The notes below the pieces were generated by a model. That model was not told where the DNA came from. It did not search any database and was given only the letters and a program-made list of their open reading frames with translations. From an uncultured bacterium (GTDB lineage Bacteria > Muiribacteriota > UBA6191 > CAZXTJ01 > CAYOHP01): 64,000 nt of DNA. Location: positions 1,821 through 65,820 of the forward strand of contig CAYOHP010000017.1 of the NCBI GenBank assembly GCA_964403795.1, written 5' to 3'. Each line of letters begins with the position of its first letter. Within the stretch, counting starts at the first letter, position 1. Made by a program: the position numbers and the translations under genes. Below are positions 39,638 through 49,297 of the stretch, piece by piece.

Positions 39638-39652
39638 GGAGTCTCAAACTCC
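39638..39652. promoter_or_regulatory. Conserved inverted-repeat element (GGAGTCTCAAACTCC), candidate enhancer-binding-protein site ~125 bp upstream of sigma-54 promoter A
   Basis: Perfect IR GGAGT-N5-ACTCC. The 13-mer CGGAGTCTCAAAC recurs at the same distance upstream of promoter B. Confidence 0.4.
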
Positions 39653-39799
39653 GTCGCGACGTATCCCCGACATGCAAACCGCCGCCCCCGGGGGCGGACC
39701 CGGGGGCGGCGGCGGGCGTGCGGGCGATGGGAGGTGCCGGTCCTCTCTCCGGCATCGGTGGGAAGGGCTAGGGATCGAGGTAGCGAACCCGGGGGCCTC

Positions 39800-40531
39800 T
39801 CAGTCGGTGCTGGCTTCCCGCATGCGGCGCTCCAAGTGGAGGAAGCGCTCGTCGTCGTTGTAACCCCGGGCCTCGGCCTCGTCGGCGACCTGGGTGATCA
39901 GGTCCTTCCAGGCTTCGCCGAAGCGCTCGGTCTGGTTCCGGATGAAGTCGGCCTTGGGTACCGAGCTCAGCCCGGCGAAGTCGTTGGCCGGGCTGGCCGC
40001 CACGTTGGCGGCGTCCTCGAGCATCTCGACCCGCTCCTTGTCGGTGAGCTTGCGGCCCAGCCGGGCCTCGGCCTCGACGATCCGCTCCCGGGCCCGCCGC
40101 ATGGCGGCCTGGAGGTTCTCGGGCACGCCCTGGACCCGCACCAGCTCCTCGCACTCCGAGAGGACCTGACGGCTCCCCGCCTCGGCGGCTTCGACCAGGC
40201 ACTCCTTGGTGGGGATCCGGATCCCGTCCTTGGGGTTCAGGCGATCCGGATTGGTGACCCCGTTGGCGGCCGCCAGCAGGTCGACCAGGCCACCGTTGCC
40301 CCAGAGCGGCAGGTCGGGGCGGCCGAGCTGGCGGCGCACCGCCTGGGCGATGTGGCCCAGCGTGTCGCCCTTCATCACGGTGGCGCCGTTGCCGAGCGCC
40401 TCGGTGGTCGCCAGGGCGGAGGTGGGCACGAACTCGGGAGCCGTGCGATCCGGCACGTGGTGGGCGAGGCGGCCCACCTCGCCGCAATCGATGCCCATCC
40501 CGAGCAGGCTGGCATCGCCCTGCTGGCAGCG
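39800..40531. repeat. Segmental duplication copy B (3' ~730 bp of LysM gene B)
   Basis: See copy A. Extent approximate. Confidence 0.6.
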
Positions 40532-41713
40532 GATGCTCCCAGAGTTCCCGGCCAGCACGCTGTCGACGGCCCGCTGCCGGCGGCCCTGGGCCTCGACGTC
40601 GTCGGCGATGCCATCGGCGATCTCGCCGACCTCGTCGAAGCCGGGATTCCCGGTCACGACTCGCTCCGGCTCGACATCCGGGGCGATCCGCAGGGCCTCG
40701 TCCTCGGGCTTCATGTTCCCCGCCAGACAGCGCTCCTGGAACCGATTGCATTCGGTGGCCCTTCCGGGACCGTTGCGGAGGAAGCCCACGATGTCGTGTC
40801 GCACCACTGCGGGCTCCATGCCGCTCCGGACCTCGGGATCGCAGATCGCGCGGAACGCATTGGATGGGTCGTTCCCCCAGGCCGCGCAGGCCTCCTCGAA
40901 GGTGAGCACCGGGGGCATCTCGGCGGCGCGCAGGGCGACGTTGGTCTTCTCGCGGTAGACGCCGACATAGAAGTCGGTCAGGCCGTCCTTGCAGGTCGCG
41001 TCGTCCGGGTAATTCCGGCACTTCACGATCGCATCGCCGAGCTGGGTGGGAGTGGCGCTCCGGGCCCAGTTCCGGCGAGCCTCCAGGGCCGCCTCGGCCT
41101 CCCGCTGGGCGGCCAGGGCCGCCATCGAGGCCGCGTCGGCGGCCCGCACCCGGGCCTGCTGGGCCCGGGTCACCGCGGCGTCGACCCCGGAGACCAGCCG
41201 ACGGTGCTCGTCGAGGGCATCTCCCAGGCCGGCCTCGACCTCGCCGACGTAGCCCCGGTAGCCGGTCTTGTTCGCTTCGCAGTTCGACTCCCGGACTCCG
41301 AAGGTGATGCCGTTCAGGAAGGCCCCGACGATGTCCGTGGCCTGGCAGGACTCGGCGAGGGCCCGCTCCACCCGGACCCCGAGCTCGGTCACGGCCTCCC
41401 TGGCATAGGCCACCGCCGCCTGGTGGCTCTCCTCGGCTCTTCGATAGGTGGCGACCGCATCATCGAGGCCGCGGCACGCATTCGCCTCGCCGGAAGCCAT
41501 GGCGCAGGCCTCGGCCAAGGACCTCACCCGGTCGGCAGCGCCTCCCAGGCGGATCCTCTCCGACTCGAGCGCCCCGATCCTCTGGAAGGCCTCGAATCGG
41601 ACGTCCTCCACGTGGGGCATGTCGGCGAAGTTCCCGCCCGACACCGGCGACCACGGCAACACCCCGAGCGCCATCCCCAGCACCGCCGCATTCAACCCGT
41701 AGCGTCCCGCCAT
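39800..41713 (-). CDS. Secreted Cys-rich LysM-domain protein (paralog B)
   Basis: 637 aa. N-terminal hydrophobic signal. Same LysM-containing C-terminal module (MKGDTLGHIAQAV...LPLWGNGGLVDLLAAANGVTNPDRLNPKDGIRIP). Confidence 0.65.
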   Translation of the reverse strand: MAGRYGLNAAVLGMALGVLPWSPVSGGNFADMPHVEDVRFEAFQRIGALESERIRLGGAADRVRSLAEACAMASGEANACRGLDDAVATYRRAEESHQAAVAYAREAVTELGVRVERALAESCQATDIVGAFLNGITFGVRESNCEANKTGYRGYVGEVEAGLGDALDEHRRLVSGVDAAVTRAQQARVRAADAASMAALAAQREAEAALEARRNWARSATPTQLGDAIVKCRNYPDDATCKDGLTDFYVGVYREKTNVALRAAEMPPVLTFEEACAAWGNDPSNAFRAICDPEVRSGMEPAVVRHDIVGFLRNGPGRATECNRFQERCLAGNMKPEDEALRIAPDVEPERVVTGNPGFDEVGEIADGIADDVEAQGRRQRAVDSVLAGNSGSIRCQQGDASLLGMGIDCGEVGRLAHHVPDRTAPEFVPTSALATTEALGNGATVMKGDTLGHIAQAVRRQLGRPDLPLWGNGGLVDLLAAANGVTNPDRLNPKDGIRIPTKECLVEAAEAGSRQVLSECEELVRVQGVPENLQAAMRRARERIVEAEARLGRKLTDKERVEMLEDAANVAASPANDFAGLSSVPKADFIRNQTERFGEAWKDLITQVADEAEARGYNDDERFLHLERRMREASTD

Positions 41714-41760
41714 GTCCCTGCCTCCGTGACGTCGGGTCCGCCCCCGACGGGACCCGGAGA

Positions 41761-41776
41761 TGCAACCCCCGTGCCA
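41761..41776 (-). promoter_or_regulatory. Sigma-54 (RpoN) -24/-12 promoter upstream of LysM gene B
   Basis: Minus-strand sequence TGGCACGGGGGTTGCA matches TGGCACG-N4-TTGCW exactly. ~50-65 bp upstream of the start at 41713. Confidence 0.65.
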
Positions 41777-41892
41777 GCCGACCAGGTACCTCGGAGCCTC
41801 CCGCCCAAACCAGCTCCGGCAGCCGATCCTGGCCTCCGGTTCCGACCACGGGGTGTTCCCCGGATCTCACCCCGACCGGGATCGTCGCGGCG

Positions 41893-41917
41893 GAGTCTCA
41901 AACCAGTGTCCGACTCC
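41893..41917. promoter_or_regulatory. Conserved inverted-repeat element (GGAGTCTCAAAC...GACTCC), candidate enhancer-binding-protein site ~120 bp upstream of sigma-54 promoter B
   Basis: Shares the CGGAGTCTCAAAC 13-mer with element A. IR half-sites GGAGTC / GACTCC with a 14-bp spacer. Confidence 0.4.
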
Positions 41918-42038
41918 CGGACACCCCCGCACCGGTCGAGCGAGGCGGGCCGCCTGATCCATCCCGGGCCAGGGACGCGGCTCCCGGCCTTCCCCCGGTG
42001 CAACTGGTAGCATCGCCCCCCCACCGCGAGGAGTCCCC

Positions 42039-43055
42039 GTGATCGAGGTCGAGGCACTGAGGAAGACGTTCCGGGTCCACCGCAAGGATCCGGGGTTCTG
42101 GGGATCGGTGCGCTCGCTCTTCTCCCGGGAGACGATCGAGAAGCCGGCCGTGAAGGACGTCTCGTTCCGGGTCGAGGAGGGCGAGATCGTCGGGCTGGTG
42201 GGCGCCAACGGGGCGGGCAAGACCACCCTGGTCAAGATGCTCGCCGGGATCATCCATCCCTCGGGAGGCGACGCCCGGGTGCTGGGGCACAGGCCCTGGG
42301 AACGGCACGACGAGTTCCGCCACCAGATCGCCCTGATCATGGGCCAGAAGGCCCAGCTCTGGTGGGACCTGCCGGCCGCCGACGGGTTCCTGCTGCTGAA
42401 GGAGGTCTACCGGATCGACGAGACCCGCTACCGGGAGACCCTCGCCTACCTGACCGAGGTCCTCGGGGTCGGCGCCGAACTGAACATCCAGATCCGGCGG
42501 CTGTCGCTGGGCGAGCGCATGAAGATGGAGCTGATCGCGGCCCTGCTCCATGCGCCCCGGGTGGTCTACCTCGACGAGCCGACCATCGGGCTCGACCTCA
42601 CCGCCCAGCGGGCGATCCGGGACTTCCTGCTCGCCTACCGGGAGGAGCACCGCCCGGCGATGCTCCTGACCAGCCACTACATGGAGGACATCCAGCGCCT
42701 CTGCAAGCGGATCCTCATCCTGCGCGACGGCGAGCTGGTCTACGACGGGGCGCTCTCCGAGGTGGTGCGGCGCTACGCTCCGGACCGGCTGGTCACGGTC
42801 CACCTGGCGCGCGACCGGGAGGACGGCCGGGCCGGGCTCGACCTGGCAGCCTTCGGCGAGGTGGTGGCCTCGGACGCCGACCAGCTCCGCCTGCGGGTGG
42901 CGCGGGAGCGGGTGCCCGAGGTCTCCTCGGCGCTCCTGGCGCGCCTCGCAGTGGTCGACCTCCAGATCGCCGAGGACGACGTGGGGTCCATCATCGAGCG
43001 GATCATGGGGGCCCGGGGCGGGATGCCGGCGGCCGCCGGACCGGGCGCGTCATGA
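42039..43055 (+). CDS. ABC transporter ATP-binding protein
   Basis: GTG start. Walker A GANGAGKTT, ABC signature LSLGERMKMELIAALL, Walker B VVYLDEPTIGLD, H-loop SHYM. Confidence 0.85.
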   Translation: MIEVEALRKTFRVHRKDPGFWGSVRSLFSRETIEKPAVKDVSFRVEEGEIVGLVGANGAGKTTLVKMLAGIIHPSGGDARVLGHRPWERHDEFRHQIALIMGQKAQLWWDLPAADGFLLLKEVYRIDETRYRETLAYLTEVLGVGAELNIQIRRLSLGERMKMELIAALLHAPRVVYLDEPTIGLDLTAQRAIRDFLLAYREEHRPAMLLTSHYMEDIQRLCKRILILRDGELVYDGALSEVVRRYAPDRLVTVHLARDREDGRAGLDLAAFGEVVASDADQLRLRVARERVPEVSSALLARLAVVDLQIAEDDVGSIIERIMGARGGMPAAAGPGAS

Positions 43056-43864
43056 CGCCGTCGCTCTTCTTCTCGGTGCTCTCGCTGGAGGCCCGCACCC
43101 GCATGAGCTACCGGGTCGACTTCTGGCTGCGCACGGTGCTGGCACTGCTGGCCGAGCTGGGAGCCTTCGTGTTCCTGGCCTGGGCGCTGTTCGCCGAGAC
43201 CGGGGCCAGCGAGATCCGCGGCTTCACCCAGGGCGGGCTGGTCCTCTACTACGCGGCGGTGATGCTGCTCGGCAAGCTGGTCGCCGGGGCCGACCTCGGG
43301 AGCGACGTGTCCCAGGACATCTACGGCGGCGGCCTCACCCGCTACCTGATGTTCCCCCGGGCCTACGTCCCCTTCAAGTACGCCCAGCAGCTCGGCGGCC
43401 AGACCCCGGCGGTGTTCCAGGCCGCGATCTTCGGGATCCTGCTCTTCGCCGTGGGCGACCGGATCGGGGCGACCCCGCCGGGTCCCGCGGCCCTCGCCAT
43501 GACGCTCCTCTCGCTGGCGCTGGGGAACCTCATCTACTTCCTGCTGCGCCTGCCACTGGAGATGGTCGCTTTCTGGCACGACAACGTCTGGAGCCTGGTG
43601 GTGCTGCTGCGCAACGTGAGCCGCATCCTGGGAGGCGCCACCCTGCCGCTCGCCATGTTCCCGGGCGCGGTCGCCGACATCCTCTGGTGGCTGCCCTTCC
43701 GCCTGGTCTACGAGGTCCCGGTGGCCTGCCTGCTGGGTCGCATCACGCCCGGGGAGTGGCTCGCCTCGCTGGGGCTCGCAGCGGCCTGGATCGCGGTGCT
43801 CGCCCTGACCACCCTGGCGGTGTGGCGACGCGGGACGCTCCAGTACACCGGAGTCGGGATCTAG
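43052..43864 (+). CDS. ABC-2-type transporter permease
   Basis: ATGA overlap with the ATPase stop. ~6 TM helices. 270 aa. Confidence 0.65.
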   Translation: MTPSLFFSVLSLEARTRMSYRVDFWLRTVLALLAELGAFVFLAWALFAETGASEIRGFTQGGLVLYYAAVMLLGKLVAGADLGSDVSQDIYGGGLTRYLMFPRAYVPFKYAQQLGGQTPAVFQAAIFGILLFAVGDRIGATPPGPAALAMTLLSLALGNLIYFLLRLPLEMVAFWHDNVWSLVVLLRNVSRILGGATLPLAMFPGAVADILWWLPFRLVYEVPVACLLGRITPGEWLASLGLAAAWIAVLALTTLAVWRRGTLQYTGVGI

Positions 43865-43866
43865 CC

Positions 43867-44655
43867 ATGACGCGCTACCTCCGGCTCTACCTCCACTTCC
43901 TGCGCTTCTCGTTCTCCCGGGCCATGGAGTTCCGCTTCGACTTCGGATTCCGGATCGTGATGGACGTGGTCTGGTACCTGAACAACCTGGCCCTCTACGG
44001 GGTGCTCTACCGGCACACCTCGCTGCTCGGGGGCTGGAACGAGGACCAGTCGCTGGTCTTCCTCGGCACGCTGTTCCTGGCCGACGCCCTGAACATGACG
44101 ATCTTCGCCAACAACATGTGGTGGTTCCCGATCTTCGTGAACCAGGGCGACCTCGACTACTACCTGGTGCGCCCGGTCTCGTCGCTGTTCTTCCTTTCGT
44201 TCCGCGACTTCGCGGCCAACTCGTTCGTGAACCTCTTGATGACCTTCGGGTTCATGGCCTGGGCACTGGCCCGCTATCCCGGCGAACTGGGCGCCGTGAA
44301 CCTGGCGATCTGGGCGGTGATGCTGGCCGGCGGGGTGATCCTCCACTGGCTGGTGGAGCTCTGCTTCCTGATCCCGGTCTTCTGGCTCCACCAGGGCACG
44401 GGTCTCCGCGACATCGCCTGGAGCCTGAACCGCTACTCGCAGTACCCCGACGGCATCTACACCGGCTGGATGCGGCGGATCGTGGTCTCGCTGCTGCCGT
44501 TCGCGCTGATGGCCTCGTTCCCGTGCCGGGCGCTGTTCTCGTCCGACCCGTGGCCGGTGTTGCTGCACACCACGGTGGTGGTGGCCGGGTTCTCGATCTT
44601 CGTGGCCTGGCTCTGGGACCGGGGACTGCGCTCCTACTCGTCGGCGTCGTCGTAG
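43867..44655 (+). CDS. ABC-2-type transporter permease (second subunit)
   Basis: Internal ATG (MTRYLRLYLHF) 2 bp after the previous stop. Multi-TM. 262 aa. Confidence 0.65.
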   Translation: MTRYLRLYLHFLRFSFSRAMEFRFDFGFRIVMDVVWYLNNLALYGVLYRHTSLLGGWNEDQSLVFLGTLFLADALNMTIFANNMWWFPIFVNQGDLDYYLVRPVSSLFFLSFRDFAANSFVNLLMTFGFMAWALARYPGELGAVNLAIWAVMLAGGVILHWLVELCFLIPVFWLHQGTGLRDIAWSLNRYSQYPDGIYTGWMRRIVVSLLPFALMASFPCRALFSSDPWPVLLHTTVVVAGFSIFVAWLWDRGLRSYSSASS

Positions 44656-44669
44656 CGCGGGGTCCGGGC

Positions 44670-46193
44670 TCACTTCCCGGCCGGCACCTCCGGGTCGCGC
44701 CGACCGCCTGGGCGAGCCAGGCAGTCGATCACGGACTGGCAGAGTTCGGTCAGGCGGTAGGGCTTCCGAAGGATCTGGCTGGAGGTCCTCAGGATGAGCT
44801 GCTCCGTCTCGGGATCATCGGCTCCCCCGGTCGAGAACAGGAAGCGGGGCGTACCGTCACCCAGCGCCGAGGCGACGGTACGGTAGAGTCCCAGGCCATC
44901 CATCCTGGGCATGCGCAGGTCGCAGACCACCAGGTCGTAGGGGACCGCCAGGATCCTCCGGAACGCCTCCACCCCGTCGTGGACCGCGTCGAGGCGCTCC
45001 AGACCCATCTCGGAGAGCGCCCTCCGGGCCAGGTCGAGGAATTCGATCTGGTCGTCGACCACCAGGACCCTCGACCCGCGCGGCGCCCGCCCACCGGAGC
45101 CGGGCGCCGGTCCCTCGGACTCCCTGGGGAAGTCGGCGCCGGGCACGGATACCGGGAGGGGAACCCGGAGCTGGACCCTGGCGCCACCCAGGTCGCCCTC
45201 GCCGACCTCGAGCCGGCCTCCGTGGGCGGCTGCGGTGGCCGCAGCCATGGCCAGGCCCAACCCGGTCCCCTTGCCGGGGGCCTTGGTGGTGAAGAAGGCC
45301 TCCGTCACCCGATCCCGGATCTCGGGAGCGATTCCCGGACCGTCGTCCGAGACCGACAGGAGGGCCTGGCGATCCGGCAGTACCGAGAGTTCGACGCGGA
45401 TCCGTCCCAGTCCTCCGACCTCCTGGATCGCATCGCGGGCGTTGGCCATCAGGTTCAGGACCATCTGCATCAGGGCATCGCGATCCATCGGCAGCACCAC
45501 GTTGTGGACCGGCTCTTCCCACTCGATCTCCACGCCCTCCCGGCGGTACATCGGAGCCATCAGTCCGACCGCATCCGAGACCGGCTCCCGCAGGTCCCCG
45601 GGCACGAAGTCGGTGGCAGGACGCCGGACCGCGTGCAGGAGTCGGGCGACGATCACCCGGCAATGGTCGGCAGCGGCCCCGATCTTCTCCACCGCTTCCA
45701 GGTCCGCATGGGCGAGGACCGTTCCCCGGAGCACATCGGTGTATCCGAGGATGATGGCCAGCGGATTGTTCAGGTCATGGGCGACCCCTCCGAGGACCTG
45801 GCCGATGAGGCGCAGGCGCTCGGTGTCGGCGAGGCGCTCCTCGAGATCGAGCTCCGTCCTGAGGTCGGCGAACGAGTGCACGGTGCGCTCGTCGTCGATC
45901 ACGCTCGCCGACCATCGCACCGGGATCCGTTCCCCCGAGGCGTGCCTCAGGTGGATGACCCTCAACCGGGTCATGGAGGTCCGGGCCTTGTAGGCCCTTC
46001 CCTTTGGATCCCCGGGACTCCCTTGGCTCGACAGCATCTCGGGGAGCCGAACTCCTTGGAGATCCACCTCGGACCGGCCGGAGAGCTTCTGGAGAGCCGG
46101 ATTGGTGACCAGGATCCGGCTCTCCCGGTCCACCACGGCGACGCCCTCCCGAAGGCTGCAGAAGGCACTCGCCAAGTGCCCGGAGTCTTTCAT
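44670..46193 (-). CDS. Hybrid sensor histidine kinase / response regulator (PAS-HisKA-HATPase-REC)
   Basis: PAS (VAVVDRESRILVTNPAL). H-box VAHDLNNPLAII. HATPase G-boxes (DDGPGI, GTGLGLAM). C-terminal receiver (RVLVVDDQ...DLVVCDLRMPRMDG). Confidence 0.85.
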   Translation of the reverse strand: MKDSGHLASAFCSLREGVAVVDRESRILVTNPALQKLSGRSEVDLQGVRLPEMLSSQGSPGDPKGRAYKARTSMTRLRVIHLRHASGERIPVRWSASVIDDERTVHSFADLRTELDLEERLADTERLRLIGQVLGGVAHDLNNPLAIILGYTDVLRGTVLAHADLEAVEKIGAAADHCRVIVARLLHAVRRPATDFVPGDLREPVSDAVGLMAPMYRREGVEIEWEEPVHNVVLPMDRDALMQMVLNLMANARDAIQEVGGLGRIRVELSVLPDRQALLSVSDDGPGIAPEIRDRVTEAFFTTKAPGKGTGLGLAMAAATAAAHGGRLEVGEGDLGGARVQLRVPLPVSVPGADFPRESEGPAPGSGGRAPRGSRVLVVDDQIEFLDLARRALSEMGLERLDAVHDGVEAFRRILAVPYDLVVCDLRMPRMDGLGLYRTVASALGDGTPRFLFSTGGADDPETEQLILRTSSQILRKPYRLTELCQSVIDCLARPGGRRDPEVPAGK

Positions 46194-46341
46194 CTTCCGT
46201 CCTTCCGGGATCGCGGGACCCGGAGGCCTCGTCCCCTACATTGTCCACCTCTGGTCCCTTCTCCGGAAGGTGAGAACGCCTACTCGTGTGCGCGTGGCGC
46301 TCCGGCAGGACGGAGTCCAGGGAAAGGGGCGGACGCCGTCC

Positions 46342-47811
46342 TCACGCCGGGAGGACGCGGACCCCGTCCTCCGGGACGGCGGTCAGGCGAGCCAGGTTGT
46401 CGGGACTGGTGCGGACCGTGAAGGTCACACCCTCGGCCCCATAGGCCTCGGCGATCACCCGCACCGCGGCCCTCACCCGGCCCACCGCTCCCTGGCTGGC
46501 GAAGGGCACGAACACCTGCCGCTCCACCATGTCGCGCTCGAAGTGGCGGCGGATCCGCTCCGAGAGGCGGGCCACGTCGCCGGGTACGAAGACCGAGAGG
46601 ATCTCGGCCTCCGGGTCGGCGGCGGCCAGCCCCGCCCGCGCCCCGGGATCGAGCCGGTCCGCCTTGTTCAGGACCAGGATCCGCGGCAGGGAGTCGGCGC
46701 CCACCTCGGAGAGGGTCTCCCGCACCACTTCGAGATGGTTGCGGAAGGCCGGATCGGAGGCGTCGGCCATGACCAGGAGGAGCGAGGCGTTCCTGGCCTC
46801 CTCGAGGGTCGACCGGAAACAGGCCACCAGCGCGTGGGGGAGGTTCCGGATGAAACCCACCGTGTCGGTCACCAGGATCCTCGGCACCGATTCCGGCTGG
46901 AGCGGTCGCACCGTGGTGTCGAGGGTCGCGAAGAGCTTGTCCTGGACCAGGACCTCGCTGCCGGTCAGCGCCCGCATCATCGAGGACTTGCCGGCGTTGG
47001 TGTAGCCGACCAGCGCTACCGTGTCGCCGTCGGCGCGCCGCTCCCGGCGCCGACCGTCCTCGGCGGCCACGGTCTCGAGCTCGACCTCGATCTCGCGGAC
47101 CCGGTCGCGGATCCGGCGCCGGTCGAGCTCGGCCTTCGATTCGCCCACGCCCTTGGCCCCGATCCCGCCGCCGCTGCGCTCGCTGCGCCCGGTCTCCCGC
47201 ATGCGGGGCGCCAGGTAGCGCAGGCGCGCCGCCTCGACCTGGAGCTTGGCGGCCCGGCTGCGGGCGTGGCGGCCGAAGATCTGGATGATGACCGCGGGCC
47301 GGTCGAGGACCTCGGCACCGGTGGCCGACTCGAGGTTCCGCATCTGGGTCGGGGAGAGCTCGCAGTCGAAGATCACCAGGCCCGGGCGCGGCGAGCCGGC
47401 CGGGCCCTCGGGGCGGGCCTCGGGGGGTGGCTCCCGGCCTTCCTCCGACGGACCGACGGCTTCGGCTTCGACTTCGGCGGCCTCGGCCTGGGCCCGGAGC
47501 TTGGCCTTGTGGGGGCGCGGCCGGGCCTTGGGCGCCACCTTGCCGCTGCCGCCCGTCAGCTCCGCCAGCTCCCGGAGCTTGCCCTCGCCCAGGATGGTCG
47601 GACCGGTCAGGTTGGGGCGGGGCTGGACCATGGTGGCGACGGTGGGATGGCCCAGGGTCTCGACCAGGCGGGTCAGTTCGGCGAGCGACTCGGCGACCTC
47701 GGCGTCGCTATGGCCGGGCAGTCGGATCCCGACCAGGACGGCAGAAGGGACCTCGGGACGGGTGGTCGGCACGGGGACACGCGATCCTCTCGACCGGGCC
47801 GCCGGCCGCAC
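46342..47811 (-). CDS. hflX: GTPase HflX (with low-complexity insert)
   Basis: HflX N-domain. G-domain (VALVGYTNAGKSSMMRALTG G1, DTVGF, LNKADR G4). N-terminal start may lie slightly downstream of the listed ATG. Confidence 0.8.
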   Translation of the reverse strand: MRPAARSRGSRVPVPTTRPEVPSAVLVGIRLPGHSDAEVAESLAELTRLVETLGHPTVATMVQPRPNLTGPTILGEGKLRELAELTGGSGKVAPKARPRPHKAKLRAQAEAAEVEAEAVGPSEEGREPPPEARPEGPAGSPRPGLVIFDCELSPTQMRNLESATGAEVLDRPAVIIQIFGRHARSRAAKLQVEAARLRYLAPRMRETGRSERSGGGIGAKGVGESKAELDRRRIRDRVREIEVELETVAAEDGRRRERRADGDTVALVGYTNAGKSSMMRALTGSEVLVQDKLFATLDTTVRPLQPESVPRILVTDTVGFIRNLPHALVACFRSTLEEARNASLLLVMADASDPAFRNHLEVVRETLSEVGADSLPRILVLNKADRLDPGARAGLAAADPEAEILSVFVPGDVARLSERIRRHFERDMVERQVFVPFASQGAVGRVRAAVRVIAEAYGAEGVTFTVRTSPDNLARLTAVPEDGVRVLPA

Positions 47812-47847
47812 GGACGGGGCGCGGCGCTCCGGGAAAACCTCACGGCT

Positions 47848-48330
47848 TCAGCGTACCGCAGGGGAAGGACGGGAAGGTGGGTCCCGGAGCGTTTCGCCCG
47901 GGAGTCCCGCGGAAGTGGAGAGCCGCTCGAGGGCCTCGTGCAGCCAGGCCACCGAGACCCGGGTGGGACCGCAGGGGATCGGCTCATGCGTCCCGTCGGG
48001 GCGGGTGCGGGCGAAGAGGAGGGTGAGGCGGCCGGGGGACGGACGCGCCTGGCAGGCCGCTCCCGGGATGGGCGGAGCCAGGTCGAGATACGGGAGGGCA
48101 GGGTTCGGCCCCTTGAAGACCCGGCGGACCACGAAGCGGGAGGGCGCCAGCGGTTCCGAGGGTACCGAGGGGTTCTCCATGGTGAAGCCCTCGACCACCA
48201 GGTCGGCGCGGGCGAAGTCGGGAGCCGGGTCGAAGGGGGCGTCGCAGGCGCAGGCCCGGGCGCGGCCCGCGGCCAACGGCCCGAGGGCGAGGGAGAGGGC
48301 GAGGGCGAGGGCGAGCCGGACGAAACGCAT
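47848..48330 (-). CDS. Small hypothetical secreted protein
   Basis: Internal start MRFVRLALALALSLALGPLAAGRARA (signal peptide encoded by a (GAGGGC)n hexanucleotide run). ~160 aa. Confidence 0.4.
   Translation of the reverse strand: MRFVRLALALALSLALGPLAAGRARACACDAPFDPAPDFARADLVVEGFTMENPSVPSEPLAPSRFVVRRVFKGPNPALPYLDLAPPIPGAACQARPSPGRLTLLFARTRPDGTHEPIPCGPTRVSVAWLHEALERLSTSAGLPGETLRDPPSRPSPAVR
48283..48316. repeat. (GAGGGC)n hexanucleotide run encoding the Leu/Ala-rich signal peptide of a small secreted protein
   Basis: gagggcgagggagagggcgagggcgagggcgagc. Confidence 0.5.
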
Positions 48331-48478
48331 GGAGGTTCCCCGGGCTCCGCATCGGCGGGTCCCATCCGGACCATCGGCGGACCCGGATCGGGGGATGAGG
48401 GGCGGTCGCGATGCGAGCTGGACCTTTGAACCTCGGGTCAGGTCCGACCGTCTCTGCCTGTGGAGACGGAGGACCCCG

Positions 48479-49297
48479 ATGGGCCGACCCGAGGGCAAAC
48501 ACGGCGAACCGGAGAGCGCGGGGGTCGAGAGCGCGATCCCTCCCTATGCCTGGCTGGGACGCCCGCCCGGCGAGTGGTCACCGGTGGAACTCCCGGGCAT
48601 GGCCCTGCAGGTACTCCTCCGTTGGCCGCTCACCTGGTTGGTGGTGGCGGCGGGATCCGCCCTGGTATGGGGCTTCGTCCTCGCCCTTTCGGTCCCGATC
48701 TGCCGCTCCCCCGACCCCTTCGTGCCGTCGCTGGTGGGCTTCTTCCTGGCACTCGCCGTCACCGGCACCTGGATCCGCCTCGGGGACGAGGCCCTGGCCT
48801 GGGGGCCGGGGGCGAGCCGGGCCCGGGCCATGGCGCCGGACTTCTCCCGATGGCTCCCGATGTTCGGGGTCGCCCTGATCCTCGCTCTCTCCGGTGGGGT
48901 CCTCTACCTCGCCGGCCTCGGTGCCTTCCACCTGACGGGCAGCCGCCCCGCCGGTTGGCTGGTCCTGGCCGGAGGTGCCGTGGCGATGTTCCGGCTGGGT
49001 TCCATGGCGCTCCACGAGATCCTGGTGCGGGGAGCCGGGCCCCTCGCCGCCCTGTCCGGTTCGTGGCGCCTGACCCGCTCCTCGGCGAGCGGACTCCTCC
49101 TGGCCGCGGTGCTCTACGGAACGGTGGCTGGGTTGTGCCGGGCCCTGCTCGGCTTCGTGGGGAGCGCCACCGCCAATCAACTCGGTCCGGTCGCCACGGT
49201 CCCGGCCATCACCCTCACCCTGCTGCTCCCGGTCTGGGCCAGCCTGGTCTGGACCGCCGCCTACGTCTCCGCAAGGTCGCGGGAGGAGTTCCCTTGA
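48479..49297 (+). CDS. Hypothetical integral membrane protein
   Basis: Internal ATG (MGRPEGKHGEPESAG) in frame with ORF 47246..49297. ~6 hydrophobic helices. Stop overlaps the next gene start (TTGA). Confidence 0.45.
   Translation: MGRPEGKHGEPESAGVESAIPPYAWLGRPPGEWSPVELPGMALQVLLRWPLTWLVVAAGSALVWGFVLALSVPICRSPDPFVPSLVGFFLALAVTGTWIRLGDEALAWGPGASRARAMAPDFSRWLPMFGVALILALSGGVLYLAGLGAFHLTGSRPAGWLVLAGGAVAMFRLGSMALHEILVRGAGPLAALSGSWRLTRSSASGLLLAAVLYGTVAGLCRALLGFVGSATANQLGPVATVPAITLTLLLPVWASLVWTAAYVSARSREEFP

Noticed and set aside
37214-42010. Two very long plus-strand ORFs (759 and 758 aa) covering the LysM paralog region
   Set aside because: They are antisense to the minus-strand LysM genes, their translations are Gly/Arg/Pro/Ala low-complexity with no motifs, and the sense-strand proteins have signal peptides and LysM signatures. 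This is a typical high-GC antisense ORF artefact. It recurs throughout the window (e.g. 120..1646, 2270..3877, 9025..10077, 19480..21240, 33276..36305, 44118..46421).
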